Shown: positions 10,502 to 24,079, counted from the first letter of the stretch. The stretch: DNA of 64,000 nucleotides from Neodothiora populina (GCF_041146345.1 NW_027191419.1:186001-250000); one strand, 5' to 3'. Translations and numbers: made by a program. Notes: generated by a model not told the origin, from the sequence alone.

Positions 10502-12808
10502 ATGTCGCCTGCCGTCCTGGAGCCGCGTCAGTTGTGGGATCTCCCAACAACGGCAGCCAATGCAGCCACTCCTGTATGTCTTTCCTTGTTTTTAGTAGAG
10601 TCTTGCAAGAGGAGCAGACAACAGACATGGTTTCTGACAAACAACCCACAGAGCTGCACACCCTTTACCCTTCCTTCCGGCGGCGTCATCAGCTATGCCC
10701 ACGACCACATTGTCACTCTGACCGCCAACCTGGTCTTCCAACCGCAATGTACCAGTGGCTACCACTATCCTGGCCAGACCGATCCTTCCAGTGTCGCCGA
10801 CCTGCAGGAGCCCTTCTACTCGTCGACCATCCCACAGACCTACGTCGTTGCCACCACCACCGTCCTCGCCTGGGTGCTCGTTGTCATGTTGGTCATCAAT
10901 CCGCGCTCGTTCTACATGGGCGGTATAGGGACCAACTTTGCCAGCGGTCGCGGTCTGATAGGCGGCGCCACCGGAGCAGGCTCTGGGCCAGGCGTGGGTT
11001 CGCGACCGTGGTTGCAGAAGGTCGCTACCCTGGCTGTCGCCGTGTCCATGACCATCGCCACCGCCGACACCTTCAAAGTCGCCGAGGCCCAGTACTGGAG
11101 AGGATACATGGACGCCAATGCCATGCGCGCTCGCGTCGAGGGAAGCATGGAGATCCGTGTCGTTCGCGTCATCTCCGATATCTTTCTCTGGCTCGCCCAG
11201 GTCCAGACTTTGATCCGCCTGTTTCCACGCCACAAGGAAAAGGTATTGATCAAATGGATCGGATTCGCTCTGATCATTCTCGATACCACCTTCTCTTGTT
11301 TGAACAGCTTCATGGTCGACAACATCACTCGGCCGCGCAATTTCGTCGATGCCATTCCGGCCCTGAGCTATCTGTTTGAGCTCGCCGTTGGACTTTTGTA
11401 CGCTGCATGGGTCATTTTCTACGGCATCACCAAGAGACGCTATGCATACTATCATCGCCGCATGAGGAACATCTGTGTTGTAGCCCTCTTGTCACACGTC
11501 GCTATCCTCACCCCGGTCGTCTTCTTCGTCACCGACGTCTCGGAGCCCGACGTCGCCGCCTGGGGTGACTACTTTCGCTGGGTCGGTTCTGCCGCCGCCA
11601 GTGTCGTCGTGTGGGAGTGGGTCGAGAGGATCGAGGCTCTGGAGAGAGACGAGAAGAAAGACGGCATCTTGGGCCGGGAGATCTTTGATGGCGATGAGAT
11701 GCTGGATTTCACTCCTGCTGAGGAGATGACCTATACTCGCAAACCGCGGGACGACTATCGCCCCCTCAGTCGCGCCGGGGACGACAAGGCCAAGGTGCCC
11801 AAGCAACACATCCGCGGACTCTCGTTGCGCCGCCGATTCGACCAGGAGAGACCCCGGAGGACCCATTTCCCGCTGGGTAGAACGCACACAAACCCCATAG
11901 AACAGAGGTCCATAACCTTCGGAGACCTTCCTCGTCCACCCGCAGCGGCGGCAGTGTCGACCACTGCCTCTCCCTCAGCCGTCACCCAACCCACCCCACC
12001 GCCACCTCGAGTCATATCCCCACCCAGTCGAGCAGACACGACGAGCGCGGCCTCTACAGTATATGTTGTGAACTATGATGGCCAGCCCGACGTACCACAG
12101 CCGGTGCGGAGAATCAACCCGGAACCTCGTGATCAAGCGCCACCAGATGAGCGACGGACTTCGGAGGGGACTGAGATGCGCAAATCTTGCCAAGGTGGTC
12201 AGTCACGATGGCAGCACGTGCCCCATCCATTCAAGCGCAAACGCATGACGCCGCCAGCCGAAATTCGGGCAGCGACAGAGACAACAGCCTCGACAACTGC
12301 GCATACATTTCCCCGATGGCACGTTACCGCACGACTCGGTGCCTTTGCTGCCGAGCAAGGGGAACGCTTCCGCGAACGAAGAGCAGAAAGGAGGGAGACT
12401 GCAGAAAATGACGAAAGTTCTTGGACAGTCATTCCCGCTCAACCCCGAGGGGCTGCGGCCTGGAGTCCGAGTGTATTGGAGAAGGAACAGGCCAAAAGCA
12501 AGGACGCCAGCCAGCCCTCGACTCGTCTGAGCTCGGAAGGCACGACGGCAGCGCGTGACTTTGGCGCAACCGAGTCCGAACCGCGGGACTCGGAGGGGAG
12601 CAGGCAGCTGACGTGGAGCGACACGACAGCGGCATCGAGCGCAAGGCCGCAGACCGAGGGTGCTGCCGTCAGGCCGGCCACAGGCGCTGCCGAATCGAAC
12701 ACTGCTTCCGATGAAAGCAGTGGCGAGAGCAATAGCAGCAACAATCACAACAGACCTGGCTCTCCAGCACATACATCCAGAGCAGGCCCTCCCAGCATGG
12801 AGACGTGA
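10502..12808 (+). CDS. palH: Ambient pH-sensing 7-TM receptor PalH/Rim21
   Basis: 768-aa ORF containing a predicted 78-nt in-frame intron (10574-10651). Motifs CTPFTLPS, DLQEPFYSST, WLQKVA, LAQVQTLIRLFPRHKEK and VWEWVERIEALE, followed by a long disordered cytosolic tail. Confidence 0.95.
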   Translation: MSPAVLEPRQLWDLPTTAANAATPVCLSLFLVESCKRSRQQTWFLTNNPQSCTPFTLPSGGVISYAHDHIVTLTANLVFQPQCTSGYHYPGQTDPSSVADLQEPFYSSTIPQTYVVATTTVLAWVLVVMLVINPRSFYMGGIGTNFASGRGLIGGATGAGSGPGVGSRPWLQKVATLAVAVSMTIATADTFKVAEAQYWRGYMDANAMRARVEGSMEIRVVRVISDIFLWLAQVQTLIRLFPRHKEKVLIKWIGFALIILDTTFSCLNSFMVDNITRPRNFVDAIPALSYLFELAVGLLYAAWVIFYGITKRRYAYYHRRMRNICVVALLSHVAILTPVVFFVTDVSEPDVAAWGDYFRWVGSAAASVVVWEWVERIEALERDEKKDGILGREIFDGDEMLDFTPAEEMTYTRKPRDDYRPLSRAGDDKAKVPKQHIRGLSLRRRFDQERPRRTHFPLGRTHTNPIEQRSITFGDLPRPPAAAAVSTTASPSAVTQPTPPPPRVISPPSRADTTSAASTVYVVNYDGQPDVPQPVRRINPEPRDQAPPDERRTSEGTEMRKSCQGGQSRWQHVPHPFKRKRMTPPAEIRAATETTASTTAHTFPRWHVTARLGAFAAEQGERFRERRAERRETAENDESSWTVIPAQPRGAAAWSPSVLEKEQAKSKDASQPSTRLSSEGTTAARDFGATESEPRDSEGSRQLTWSDTTAASSARPQTEGAAVRPATGAAESNTASDESSGESNSSNNHNRPGSPAHTSRAGPPSMET

Positions 12809-13865
12809 CCTATGCTAGCCCCGCAACATGGCAGCACTACGGTGCCAGAGGATAGCGAGACGAGTCCTCCAAACCAACATCAATCGGATCTCAACAGCAT
12901 GATATTCGATCGAGGGTGTTCAGGAGTTGGCCGATGACTGACTAGTCATTTCATCACATTTTGTTTATTTTGGGATCATCTTGATATAGAGACGGTGTAC
13001 GGTAGGCGGACGACAAATGCATTAACGGAGAGATACCCATGGATGTTTCGAGGTCAAAAAAAAAGGCGTTTTGATTTAGGGATGTTTATCACCATTGTAT
13101 AGGGTTATGGTTATGTGATAGTCGGTATCCCCGGGTCGATCACCCCGGCGGCCATACTTTATTGATTCTCTGCCGTCGACTTGTGCCATCAACGAACTCG
13201 ACTGCCGTCTGTCGTGCTACGGTCCACGTACTTCCAATGGTGACGTTTGAAGGCGATAAAGCAGGCGGGGGAGTTTAGTGGAAGCCACGTGCACTGACAA
13301 ATGACAGATACAGATACAGTAGACCCACGGGCCCGCCAGACGGGCTTATCAGCGAACGCAAGATTGTGTGGAGGAGGTTCGGGCTCGCAAGAGCAACGAG
13401 CGAACCGTGCAATGCGAGAGAGTTCAGACTTGGAGTCAGTCGTCTTTGAGATGTACCTTTGTATGTGTGAAGTGAAGCAACCAAAAGTCTCCAAGGCAAG
13501 TCTGGCCGGCTATCGCTCAATCGGGAAACTACCTCAGACTCGCCTCGGCGGTGCATCACTCCAGTCTTAGCGGCCTTACTGTACTCCAACTTTACCATAC
13601 CTTGCTCTACTACTACTACTGCATCGCATCTTTTTGATATACAGCCCAGCAACAATCGTTGATCGAGATCTGCAGCAGGAGAGACAGACCCCTTGCTCTC
13701 TCGCATTACTCTGATCGCTGCTTGTTCCGATTCGAGACCGGAAGCTCTGGTTTCCACCTTGGCACCTGCCTGTCGCCTGCCACTCCAGCATCTCGAGCTT
13801 CACAGCTTCTTTCCTTCCTTTCCTCCCACACTACCACAGCCATTGCAGAGGCGTCTTAACCAGAC

Positions 13866-16343
13866 ATGTCTCTCTTCGGCACCTCTCCGCCCTCGGTCCA
13901 GCAGGCCTCCAAGTCGTCGCTCTTCGACGACGAGCCCGGCGCCAAATCGTCTGGCTCCGGTGGTCTCTTCGATGACGATGACGACACCGCTGCTGGCGGT
14001 TCGCCCTGGGATTTCCCCAACCCAAAGAAGAACAGTGCGCGCAGAAATGTCATCAAGACGCTTCTGCCAGCGACCGACGTGCCCGAAGCATACATTGATG
14101 CCTTCGATGTCCTGAGCGCAGAGACGGGAGGCGTCGAGCCCGAACAGATCAGGTCACTGCTCGTCGATGGCCGTCTGGGCGCCGCCGAACAGGCCAAGAT
14201 CATCGACATGATCGGAGGCAGCGCCGAGGTGTTGGGCAGACCAGAGCTCAATGTCCTGCTTGCTCTGATCGGTCTGGCGCAGGAGGGCGAGGACCTGAGT
14301 CTTGATGCTGTGGATGAGAGGAAATCGAGTACGTCAATTCCCACTTATACTGTACTTGCACACATACTACTGTGTATACATGGTAGCACTAAGCCCTACA
14401 CACATTGATTGATGAGCGGGGACCTTGACACACTGACCCGTCACACCGATACAGAGCTACCCATTCCATCACTGCCTTCATTCAAGCCACCGCCGCGACC
14501 TCAACCTCCACAGCAACCTCCACAGCAGCAGCATCAGCAACAGCATCAGCAACAGCAACAAGCACCGCCAGATCAGCAGCAGCCTCCGCTCGCAACCCCT
14601 GGCCGTCCGCCTCAGCCCTCCACTGGCCCCAATCAGACCGGGACCATGCGCAGCGCCGGATGGGACTCGGATCCCTGGGGAAGTCCGGATATGCACAAAG
14701 GCCACGACCACGCTGCTGCTGCTGCGCAGAACGGCACCTCGTCTTTCGCCAATGGAAGCAATGGCCCCAGTGTCAACCAGAGGACCACGAGCAACTTCAC
14801 CACCCATTCCGAACAGCCTGACACCTCGAGATCTGCCGTCTTCGAAGCCACTCGCCCGCCCACGAGCGAAAGTGGTTGGGGTACATTCTCTGCTCCAGCC
14901 GGTGTTGGCTTCGGTGGCCCTTCATCCGGCGATGATGATGGAGGAGTAGCTGGAGGCTTCGGTGACCCGGGTGGCAATGCGCCCGACGATCTGGCCCGCC
15001 AGCTACGCACGAACAAGGCCTTGGGTGGAGTGGAGGAGCTGGTCACGGTAAATGTGCTGGAGGAGAAGGAAGGCATGTTCATGTTCCAGCACAGGAACTA
15101 CGAGGTCGCCAGTGTGAGAAGAGGCAGCAAGGTCATCAGACGTTACAGCGACTTCGTATGGCTCCTGGACTGCCTACACAAGCGGTATCCATTCAGACAA
15201 TTGCCTCTTCTGCCACCAAAGCGTGTCGCTAGTATGCATCCACCCCAGCTCTGCCTCTCATTTCCGCCCTGCTGATGATTTCTAGTCAACGGCAAACACA
15301 TTGCGGCAGACACCACCTTCATCGAAAAGCGCAGGAGAGGCCTCGCACGCTTCGCGAATGCCCTCGTGCGCCATCCTGTCCTACGCGAGGAACAGCTGGT
15401 CATCATGTTCTTGACTGTGCCTACGGTAGATGTCTGCGCTCGGGTCTATAACTTCGGATGTACCTGCTGACTATTCTCTAGGAACTCGCCGTGTGGCGCA
15501 AGCAGGCGACCATCTCTGTGCAGGAGGAGTTCACTGGCAAGTCACTCCCTCCGGGCCTCGAAGATTCTCTACCGCCCACTCTTCCCGACCTCTTCGAACA
15601 AGTGCGATCCGGTGTTCGACGCTCCACTGAGATTTACATCAACCTCTGCAACATGATGGAGCGTCTTACCAAACACAACTACGGTCTTTCCGCAGAGTAC
15701 AGCCGCGTCACACTGTCACTACAGAGTCTCACCGAGTGCTCCGCCGACACATATGCCATTGACACCAACGAGATACCACTACTGAATGCCGGCTTGAGTG
15801 CCACTGCGAAACACCTGTCGACGAATCAGTCCCTGCTCGATGATGAAGCGCGCGCCTGGGACTTGGGTGTCTTGGAGGACCTCAAGAGGCAACGGGATGC
15901 CCTCGTGAGCATGCGTGACATGTTCGATCGTCGCGACAAGTATTCCAAGGACAACATACCGCAGCTCGAGAGGAGAATAGCCAGCAACGAGAACAAGCTT
16001 GCGGGCATCAGAGCCAAGCCCGAGCATCTCGTCAAGCCTGGCGAAGCCGAGAAGGTCGAGAGTGCTATAATCAAGGTGAGTTTCCGTCCTTCGAGTCTGC
16101 AGGAAAGTGCTTCATTTACTGACACATTGACAGGACAAGCAATCCATTGTGGACCAACACGCCCGCGGTGTCTTCATCAGAGAGTGCGTTCGGGACGAGA
16201 TCATGCACTTTCAAAACTCGCAGTACCACATCAGCCGTACACACCAGGAATGGAGCCAGGAGCGCGTCAAGTATGCCGAGCTTGGAGCTGAGAACTGGAG
16301 AGCTCTCGGTGAAGAGCTTGATGCTATGCCTCTGGGTGACTGA
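13866..16343 (+). CDS. MVP1: Sorting nexin Mvp1 (PX-BAR), 5 exons
   Basis: MSLFG..SSLFDDE N-terminus; PX domain EKEGMFMFQHRNY..VIRRYSDFVWL..YPFRQLPLLPPK; BAR C-terminus. Canonical introns at ~14329, ~15232, ~15426 and ~16076. Confidence 0.95.
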
Positions 16344-17264
16344 GTTTAGTGGGCGCGACCAGATAAGCAAGCGGTAGCATAACGCTGGAGATGAGCACTT
16401 TGCCGTACAATACCCCTAATTTTATGTATATCCTACAAAAGGCATGTTCGACGCGGAGAGAGGAGAGAAGAGATTGGATGCGCGGATCGTCATGTATGAC
16501 TTTATATTGTCAAAACTACCATCATCGCAACTATTCAGACTATGAATGTATACTATCACACCGTTCTAGAACGAGGTAATTTGTATCAAGTATACCTAGT
16601 GACGAAGACATCCTTCAGGTTACTTTGCAAATTTGCTCTGGAGTGTTTGCAGATAGCCAACGACAATGGAGTACTCATACACATTCCAAAGCGGAAGCTG
16701 CGACCAAGGTAACAAAGTCGCCGTCGGCAGATCCCACGATCGAGGTAACGTAAAGATGTACTCCATATCCTCCTAAGGTAAGTTTTCAAAGTGACATGCT
16801 ATTGCATTCTAGATTCCCATACTTTCGGCTCCTTGACGTGTCCGAAAGGGATAGCCATCATTAGAACGATAGACCCCGTACAACCCTTCCCTGAAGTGTT
16901 GCGTTTGTTTGTCGGATTGGCGACTTTGCCCAACCTCACCCACGCAGTGCCTATACTTTGGCGGAACGCGAAAAGTAAACAACAGACTTCACAGACATTA
17001 GAATCCGAACCCTCGACGGCCCGACCATCTCATGCTATCATACGCCTTGACGACTCTCGAACATTGTTCCGGCTCGACCTCCGTTGGCTTCCTGCCTCGT
17101 CCGGCATCTCATGAACCGAGACATCGGCCTTCATTGAAGGGACCAGGACCATTCGATAGCGCTCGCTATGCCCCCGTCTAAGAACAAGCGCAGTGCTGAC
17201 ATGGCCGCTATGGGAGACGCACAGTCACCGTCGCAACGGAGTCCGAAGAAACCAAAGATCGGTG

Positions 17265-17265
<1 letters not shown>

Positions 17266-17300
<35 letters not shown>
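17266..17300. repeat. (CT)n microsatellite
   Basis: About 17 CT units directly visible upstream of DCN1. Confidence 0.95.
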
Positions 17301-17303
<3 letters not shown>

Positions 17304-17779
17304 CCCCCTTCTAATATCTACATTCCGGATCTATCTTCACCGCGATGGAGGGCGCCCGCGGCATTGATTGGATATTCCCCGATGAACTTATCGATAAGAT
17401 GATGTTATCGAGCCTTCGGCTTGGCATGCGACATTGCCTTACCTTCTTATGCTTGGAGTTGTAGCCCTACCTGCCCTATCATGTCCTGTCGCAGCCCTGG
17501 TGTCTGTCTCGCTGGTGCTGCACCATAGTCGTTCATCATTATTCCCATCTGTTCCACTTCCACCTACAACCGAATTCCAGTCTTGTCTCTGTTCTGTCGC
17601 CGCGCTTCCTCACAACGTTGGCCTGCCGCGTGACCTGCCAATTACCTTCGCTACTCTCACTGCGCTGTCCCGCGTCACCAGTCTTCGAAACCCCCCGCCT
17701 TCCCCTCTACTACACCCCGCGCTTCTTCGATTGCGATATCAACGACATCTGAGCACTCAAGGCCTCGAACTAATCAAAC

Positions 17780-18842
17780 ATGCCGCCAGCTTACACGACC
17801 GCGCAGAAGGCGTCCATCCAGACCTTAGTTGGTATGACTGGCATGGACAGAACCACGGCAGCGAAGCTGTTGAAGCAGAATGGTTGGAATGACAATGCCG
17901 CTGCAAATGCGTAGGTTCTCTTTTATTTTCCCTCATTCGACGTTCCTTACATGTTCCTTTCTGGTATATCCGAGAGCGGATGCAGACTTCTACTGAGACT
18001 GCCGGTGCGGGATGTCAGAGCCTTGGTCACGGCACTATTCACATTACTGAAACAAATACAAAACCACTGGAACAGTTCACTGCTAAATCATGATTCTCAC
18101 AGCTTTTTCGGCGGTGGCGCAAACACAGCGAGTAGTCCTCACAAAGCAGCGGCCACCAAGTTATTTGATTCATATCGCGATGATCCCAAGGAGTACCCGG
18201 ACGAGATTCACATCGACGGCACAATGCAAATGCTTCAAGAGATGGACATCGATCTCGAGGGTGTTGGTCCTCTGATCTTCAGCGAGGCGGTGGGCGCGCC
18301 AGTCTTTGGGAAATTAGAGAGAACACCATTTGTGGATGGCTTGTGTGCCGCAGGGTATGTCTCGTCTTCTTCTGTGACAACCTTCTGCACTTACTGACAC
18401 ATACGGTAGAGTGAGCGATCTAAGTGGCATTCGCAAACTGGTCGAAGAGCGAACCAGCAGACTCGCGGAGCCATCGTTCAAGTCAGAGTTCAAGAACATC
18501 TACAAGCACTCTTTCGTGCTCGCCCGGCCAGAAGGACAGAAAGCAGTACCTCTTGACGTAGCCATCGTGTTCTGGCGCCTACTATTCAACGAGCCTTCAT
18601 TGCAATGGTCAACGACCCAATCACCATTTCTGGAATGGTGGATTGAGTTCCTGGAAAACCGGTGGAAGAGGAGTGTCAACAAGGACATGTGGGATCAGAC
18701 TCTGGCATTCGCCCACAAGACCCTGGAAGATGAGAGCCTGGGCTGGTGGAGTGAGGATTCGGCATGGCCTGGAGTGATTGATGAGTTTGTTGAGTATGTG
18801 CAAACGGAGCAAAGAGGCGGTAGCGATATGGACACGGCATAG
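17780..18842 (+). CDS. DCN1: Defective in cullin neddylation protein Dcn1 (UBA-like + PONY domain), 3 exons
   Basis: Exon 1 MPPAYTTAQKASIQ..LLKQNGWN..; introns ~17911-18102 and ~18355-18409. C-terminal SVNKDMW..WSEDSAWPGVIDEFVEY signature. Confidence 0.93.
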
Positions 18843-20397
18843 GAGCTCGATGATGTGAAATGTGCATGGGCATTGTTGTGTCTCCGTCGATCAACGCAGC
18901 AATGGCCAGGATTACCCTCATGATGCACGAGAGCCAGTGGGGAAAGTGGACGAACTTCCAAAAAGTGCCTCATGGCAGAGTTACATTGATCAACAGATGG
19001 AGGACATCATTAGCAGCCGTGCATTCACCCAGCATGTCGTACGTTCTTTGACTTTGCATTTTCAGGAGCGGGGCCCTTCATGTCCATTAGATACCAGAGT
19101 TCCAGCAGTGAACGAAGAGCAGAACAGCGCGCCCAAAACGTCTTTTATGAGAACCCGAGGCCACATAATATTGTTTCTCTGCTCAAGGCCCAGGTGTGAT
19201 CTTGGAATGGCACGTTTTCCACTGATCTGCGCAACGTACACTAAGGGCTATATGGACGGTAAGTCGGACTAGTAAAGTCGGTATGTCAGACGTTGTGTGT
19301 GGCCGGCCCCCGCGACCCCTTGGTGGGTAAGGTACCTTAACCTCGACGCAGTAGCCAACCCAACGAAGACGAGACACGACGTCAAAAGGACCCTTGCTTT
19401 GGGACAACGCAGGACGTGATTTGACGAGGAGCAAGACATGGAACGAGTTTGAAGAGCTCGCCGAGACGCCGAAAAGGCAAAAATATAACCTTGTTTTGCA
19501 TCTGTACTTGTACAGATAGACATCCGCAGGTACCTTTTATATCGCCTTCCGTGCCTATTCCGGGTCGAGGTTATGCAAGATTCGCCGTGCACTTATCGAT
19601 ACCTTGGGTCGAGATTGTGAACGTGGTCCAGGTACAGCGTCATAACGCTGGGTGGCGGGATCAATTGTGATTCACTGATTGGCATCTCGAGACCAAAGTG
19701 GCCTTTGCTTAAAAGGTAGTCGGCTTTGGAGGGTTAGGTCGGTCCCAACTGCCCGCCCTCGCCCGCTGGGGCCGCCGCTCTTTCCTTCTAGTAAAACCGA
19801 TCCCAAGCTATGCAGAACACTAGCTACACAAGCTACCCAAAACCCCACACTTCGCAGAACGCGCGCATAGTGTCAAGGGCAAACAGGTAGGATCAACCAC
19901 TGTTTAAAAATCCACCCATCCGTTTTTTTCGCCATCTGGGCGTTCCGGATCAGGGCGGAAGTTCCATAGCTAACGTAGGTCGAGTGATAAGGTGGCTCAA
20001 CATCCCTGGTGGTTCGCAATATTATTGTTTTCTTTTTCCCATCGCCGAAAAGACATTTGCGATTTGTACTCGAAATCCTTCCTGCTCTTATCATTACCAT
20101 CATACTCCCCCAGGTGCTTGACCGAGAAAGAGTACAGAGAGATTTAGCAAGACGAGACAGCTTTATTCCAAAACATCCTATACCCCACTTATCCATTCTA
20201 CAATTGGACCACATCCGAAGAGTACCTGAGCTGGGTTCGGTGGTGTGAGACGGTTTCGACTTTTGAAAACAATTGAAAGATAATATATTCCGTCTTCTCT
20301 TTCGCATATTGATCCTTTACTCTGATCTCTCTCCCTCGAGGAGACCTTTCGCTTTTCGCTATCCGAGGTTGTATATCAGCCGCCACAAATCTCAAAC

Positions 20398-23300
20398 ATG
20401 GCGCTCTCCATTGGCCATCGCCTTAAGGCCGGATGGGTCTCGCTAGGCATAGATATGAAAATGATATATCTCATGTTCAAGTAATCATCCCCACCAAAGT
20501 TCTCTAGTGGAACAAGAAAACTAACATGTTTGCTATCTCAGAGGTTCGGTCCCTGTGGCCATTTCATTGGCCTTCTATCAAGCTACTGCCGTGTCCCAAG
20601 TCTACACCTCCCTGGGTTTCCTCGTTTCCATCATCGCTGTTGTCACAGTCAACCTGTTACCACGTGCGAAGCTCATCCAGATGACGTTCACCATCTGCGC
20701 TTTCACGGCTATTGCCATTCCCATGACAATGCTGGCTACTTGGTCCGGACTTCAAGCTAGACGTCACACCGATCCGGAGGGACTGCATAGGTACAATTCC
20801 TCGCAAAGTGGTATGTTTTTGTCATGTGATATGTAAAAGAGTCGCAGAAGCTGACTTTTGAAAGCCGTCACTGGTGTCTGGCTCTTCTTCTATATCCTGC
20901 TCAGCAACAGTATGCAAGCAAGATATATCCATCTACTCATTCCGACCATCCTGTTCAACATCTTCGTTATTGTCCAGTTCACTTCATGCTCGAGATTCAC
21001 GACATGGAAGCAATGCTGGGAACTTATCTACCTGACAACAAAGTGTTACTATACCGGTGTCGCCATTTCCTTTGTCTCGGGACTGATCATCTATCCTGTA
21101 ACATGCCGATCAGAGATTATCGAAGTCCAAGAGAAATACCTCGAGGGTGTCCGCGGTGTGCTAGATGAGACGGCACAATATCTGGATGATCTCCTCAGCT
21201 CACCTACATTCCCTATAACGCCAGCCAGCAGCGACGATGAGGGTGAATCAAAGGAACAAAAACAAAAGTTCAAGGGTGCTAAGATGCAGCAAAGGATGGC
21301 CGGAGTCAAGGCGGTATACACAAAGATGCATAATGAGTTGGCAATGGCAAAACGGGAGATTGCTTGGGGAAAGTTGCGTGCGAGAGATCTGAATGCCATT
21401 ACTGATCTCTGTCGACGGATCTTGATGCCTCTGTAAGAATTGTCTTCCTTTCGACTGAAACCAGCAGCTACTAATTGTCTTACAGGGGTGGTATGGCTCA
21501 TGTGCCAGATATTCTTGAGCGCATTGAGGCTCTCGGAGGTTGGGTCCCTCAAGATGCTTCTGTGTCGTCAGCAACCCTCGACGAAAAGTCCAAAGTCTCG
21601 AGGGCCGACTACCAGGAGGAATACGAAATCGTATGGCAAGAAGCCGTGGGTGCTCTCGTCGAGCCTGCGACTGCCCTGATTGAAGCCATGAAAGACGGTC
21701 TCGAACACGCTGGTCTACAACTCGAAATCATCCCCAAGCCGGGAACGAAGAACTTTCTCGGTTTCATGCCCGGTGCGAAGAGAAACGCAAAGACCGATCG
21801 TGAAGCTCAGGGTGAGACGATCAAGCCCGGTAGCCCGCGATTCACCGAAATCCTCGAGGCCAGATTGAATGAGTTCTTGAACGGCAGGAGTGCAGCATTG
21901 TCTTCTTGGGCGGAGAGCAAAGGTCTTTCTCCTGCTCAGATGGAAAAGCTCCAATCTCTCGGTCAGTATGATATGGACGAGGACGACACGATTACCGGCC
22001 ACGTTCGAAGAGATCGCCAACAGCTTTATCTTATTCTGTATATGCAGCACATGGTAAGTGTGGTCCCTTTTGGTACTTCTTGAGAATATTGCTGACTTGT
22101 GGAAAAAGTTCTATACCACTTGCATTGCGATTCTTGAACTGGATAAATACGCCGACAAGACCGTGGCCGAGGGCGTCATGGAGAGAAACCGACTTATCGT
22201 TCCCTCACTCAAAAGACTCAAGAAATGGCTCATCAGCATCTTCGATACTGCAGAGTCATCCATTGCCGACGATGACAGACCCCACTCCAAGGTAGAAGCC
22301 AAGCTGCTTTTTGGAACTTCAGGCCGTGTCGCTCGCAATGTAGAGCACCTGCCCCCGAAGAATGCATACGAAAGGGCTGGCATCAAAGTCCGCAGACTAC
22401 AGGATTTCCTCAAGGGCCCGCAGTTCAGTTTCGGTTTCCGATCAGCATGGTGAGTGAGATGATGCTTTGTTCCTTTCCTCAACGCTGACAGCAGAAACAG
22501 TGCTACCATGTCTTGTGCTATTGTTGCATACCTCCACCAGACGCAAGAAATCTTCACGCATTATCGTCTGATTTGGTCTGTGATTATCGCGGCTATTGGA
22601 GCTAACATGTCAGCTGGACAATCTGGAGTTTCCTACGTCCTTCGTATCCTGGGTTCATTTGCTGCACTGATCATCTGTTACTTGGTGTGGTACATTCCTG
22701 ATGGACATGTCGCGTAAGTTTTGCTGTTCCTGTGACTCAATTGGAAAATACAGCTAACGTATGTGCAGTGGTGTCATTGTCATCATGTGGTTTGCTTCCT
22801 TCATCCAAATGTACTTCCTCATCAGATGGCCTCAGTACATCATTGGTTGGCTCGTTATCCTGATCACCGAGGTTTTGTCCATTGGTTACGAGCTCCAAGT
22901 CAAGAAGCTCACCATCCCTGTCGCAACGGCTCAGGGTACCTACTGGTTCGCACCATACTACGTAGCAGCCATGCGTGTTGCGTGTGTGCTTTGGGGAACC
23001 TGCGCATCTATTTTCTTCACGTATCTGCCTTACCCGATCACGGCAAGAGGGCTTTTGCGCAACGAAATGGCCACCAGCATGCAACTACTCGCCAACTACC
23101 ATGCCGTGGTTCACGCGTCCATCAAGACCAGAATGCGGGGCGAAGAGGGCGACGTGACGGAGAAGCACAGTGTTGCGCATCTGATGTCGCACACTCGAAA
23201 GGCCATGTTCAACAAGGTCATGCTGCTCACTTCATCCGTCAAGCACAACGTCTATCTGCAAAAGTACGAGCCCACGCTCGGCGGACGCTTCCCCACCGCA

Positions 23301-23792
23301 ATCTACAACGACATCCTGAACCAAATGACCGTCTTGCTCGACTACATGTCTCTCCTGTCATTCGCGACCCAGGTCTGGGCAGTCGGCGGCCTCTCCAAAG
23401 ACTACCTGCCCGAATCCTCGCGCAGTCGCCAATGGCTACGAGATTTAGCAGAGCTGATCGGACCCATCAACCCGAGCGAAGAGAGAATCACAATCATCCT
23501 CTCACAGCTCAGCGCAGCAATCGCGACTGGTCGCTCCCTGCCCGCTAAGATCGAGCCCGCGCAACCGTTCCAGCTTTCGAGACAACTACGAAAACTGGAC
23601 CCCGAGGCCCTGCATATCAAGCATATCCAAGAGTTCGGATACTCGACATACGCAGTCATGGAGATCATCTCGACCATGATCACGTATAAGCTCGAGGCGC
23701 TCGTGGCCAACATTGAGGATCTCGTGGGTATTGTGGACTTTGACTTTGTCAAGATGGCGCAGGAGGATCTGAAGGGTAATAAGAGGGAGTAA
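20398..23792 (+). CDS. Multi-pass membrane protein of the ArAE_2/DUF2421 (Bre4/FUSC-like) family, 7 exons
   Basis: ATG at 20398; six canonical introns join ORFs 20555, 20858, 21475, 22058, 22508 and 22761. Motifs LMFKGSVPVAISLAFYQA, YNSSQSAV, REIAWGKL, EHLPPKN, IGYELQV and YEPTLGGRFP. Confidence 0.85.
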
Positions 23793-24079
23793 GTAAGTAA
23801 TTTGACCAAGATTTAGAAGGAAAGATTCAGAAGGAAAGGAGGACAGCGGAAATGACCGACCAGATATCAACAAAGTCCAGTTTGAACGGATATGAAAGGA
23901 AGAGAAAGAGGTTTTTTGTTTTATTATACTTGCGCAGCACACATTTTTGCACTGGTGGGTGGGTGGGGGCTACGGCGCGAGAGAGAGATACTTTGATCAT
24001 CTATCTCTCCATCTAGCATGTTTTTGCATTTTAATGTTTTCTCATGGAAGGGGTTTTCATGAACAGGAATGTATATACC

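Noticed and set aside
10366..11455. Long alternative-frame and antisense ORFs over palH (337 aa, 287 aa), and similar ones over snf21, the ArAE_2 gene and the 717-aa gene
   Set aside because: Shadow ORFs caused by GC-rich codon bias of the real genes; no recognisable motifs.
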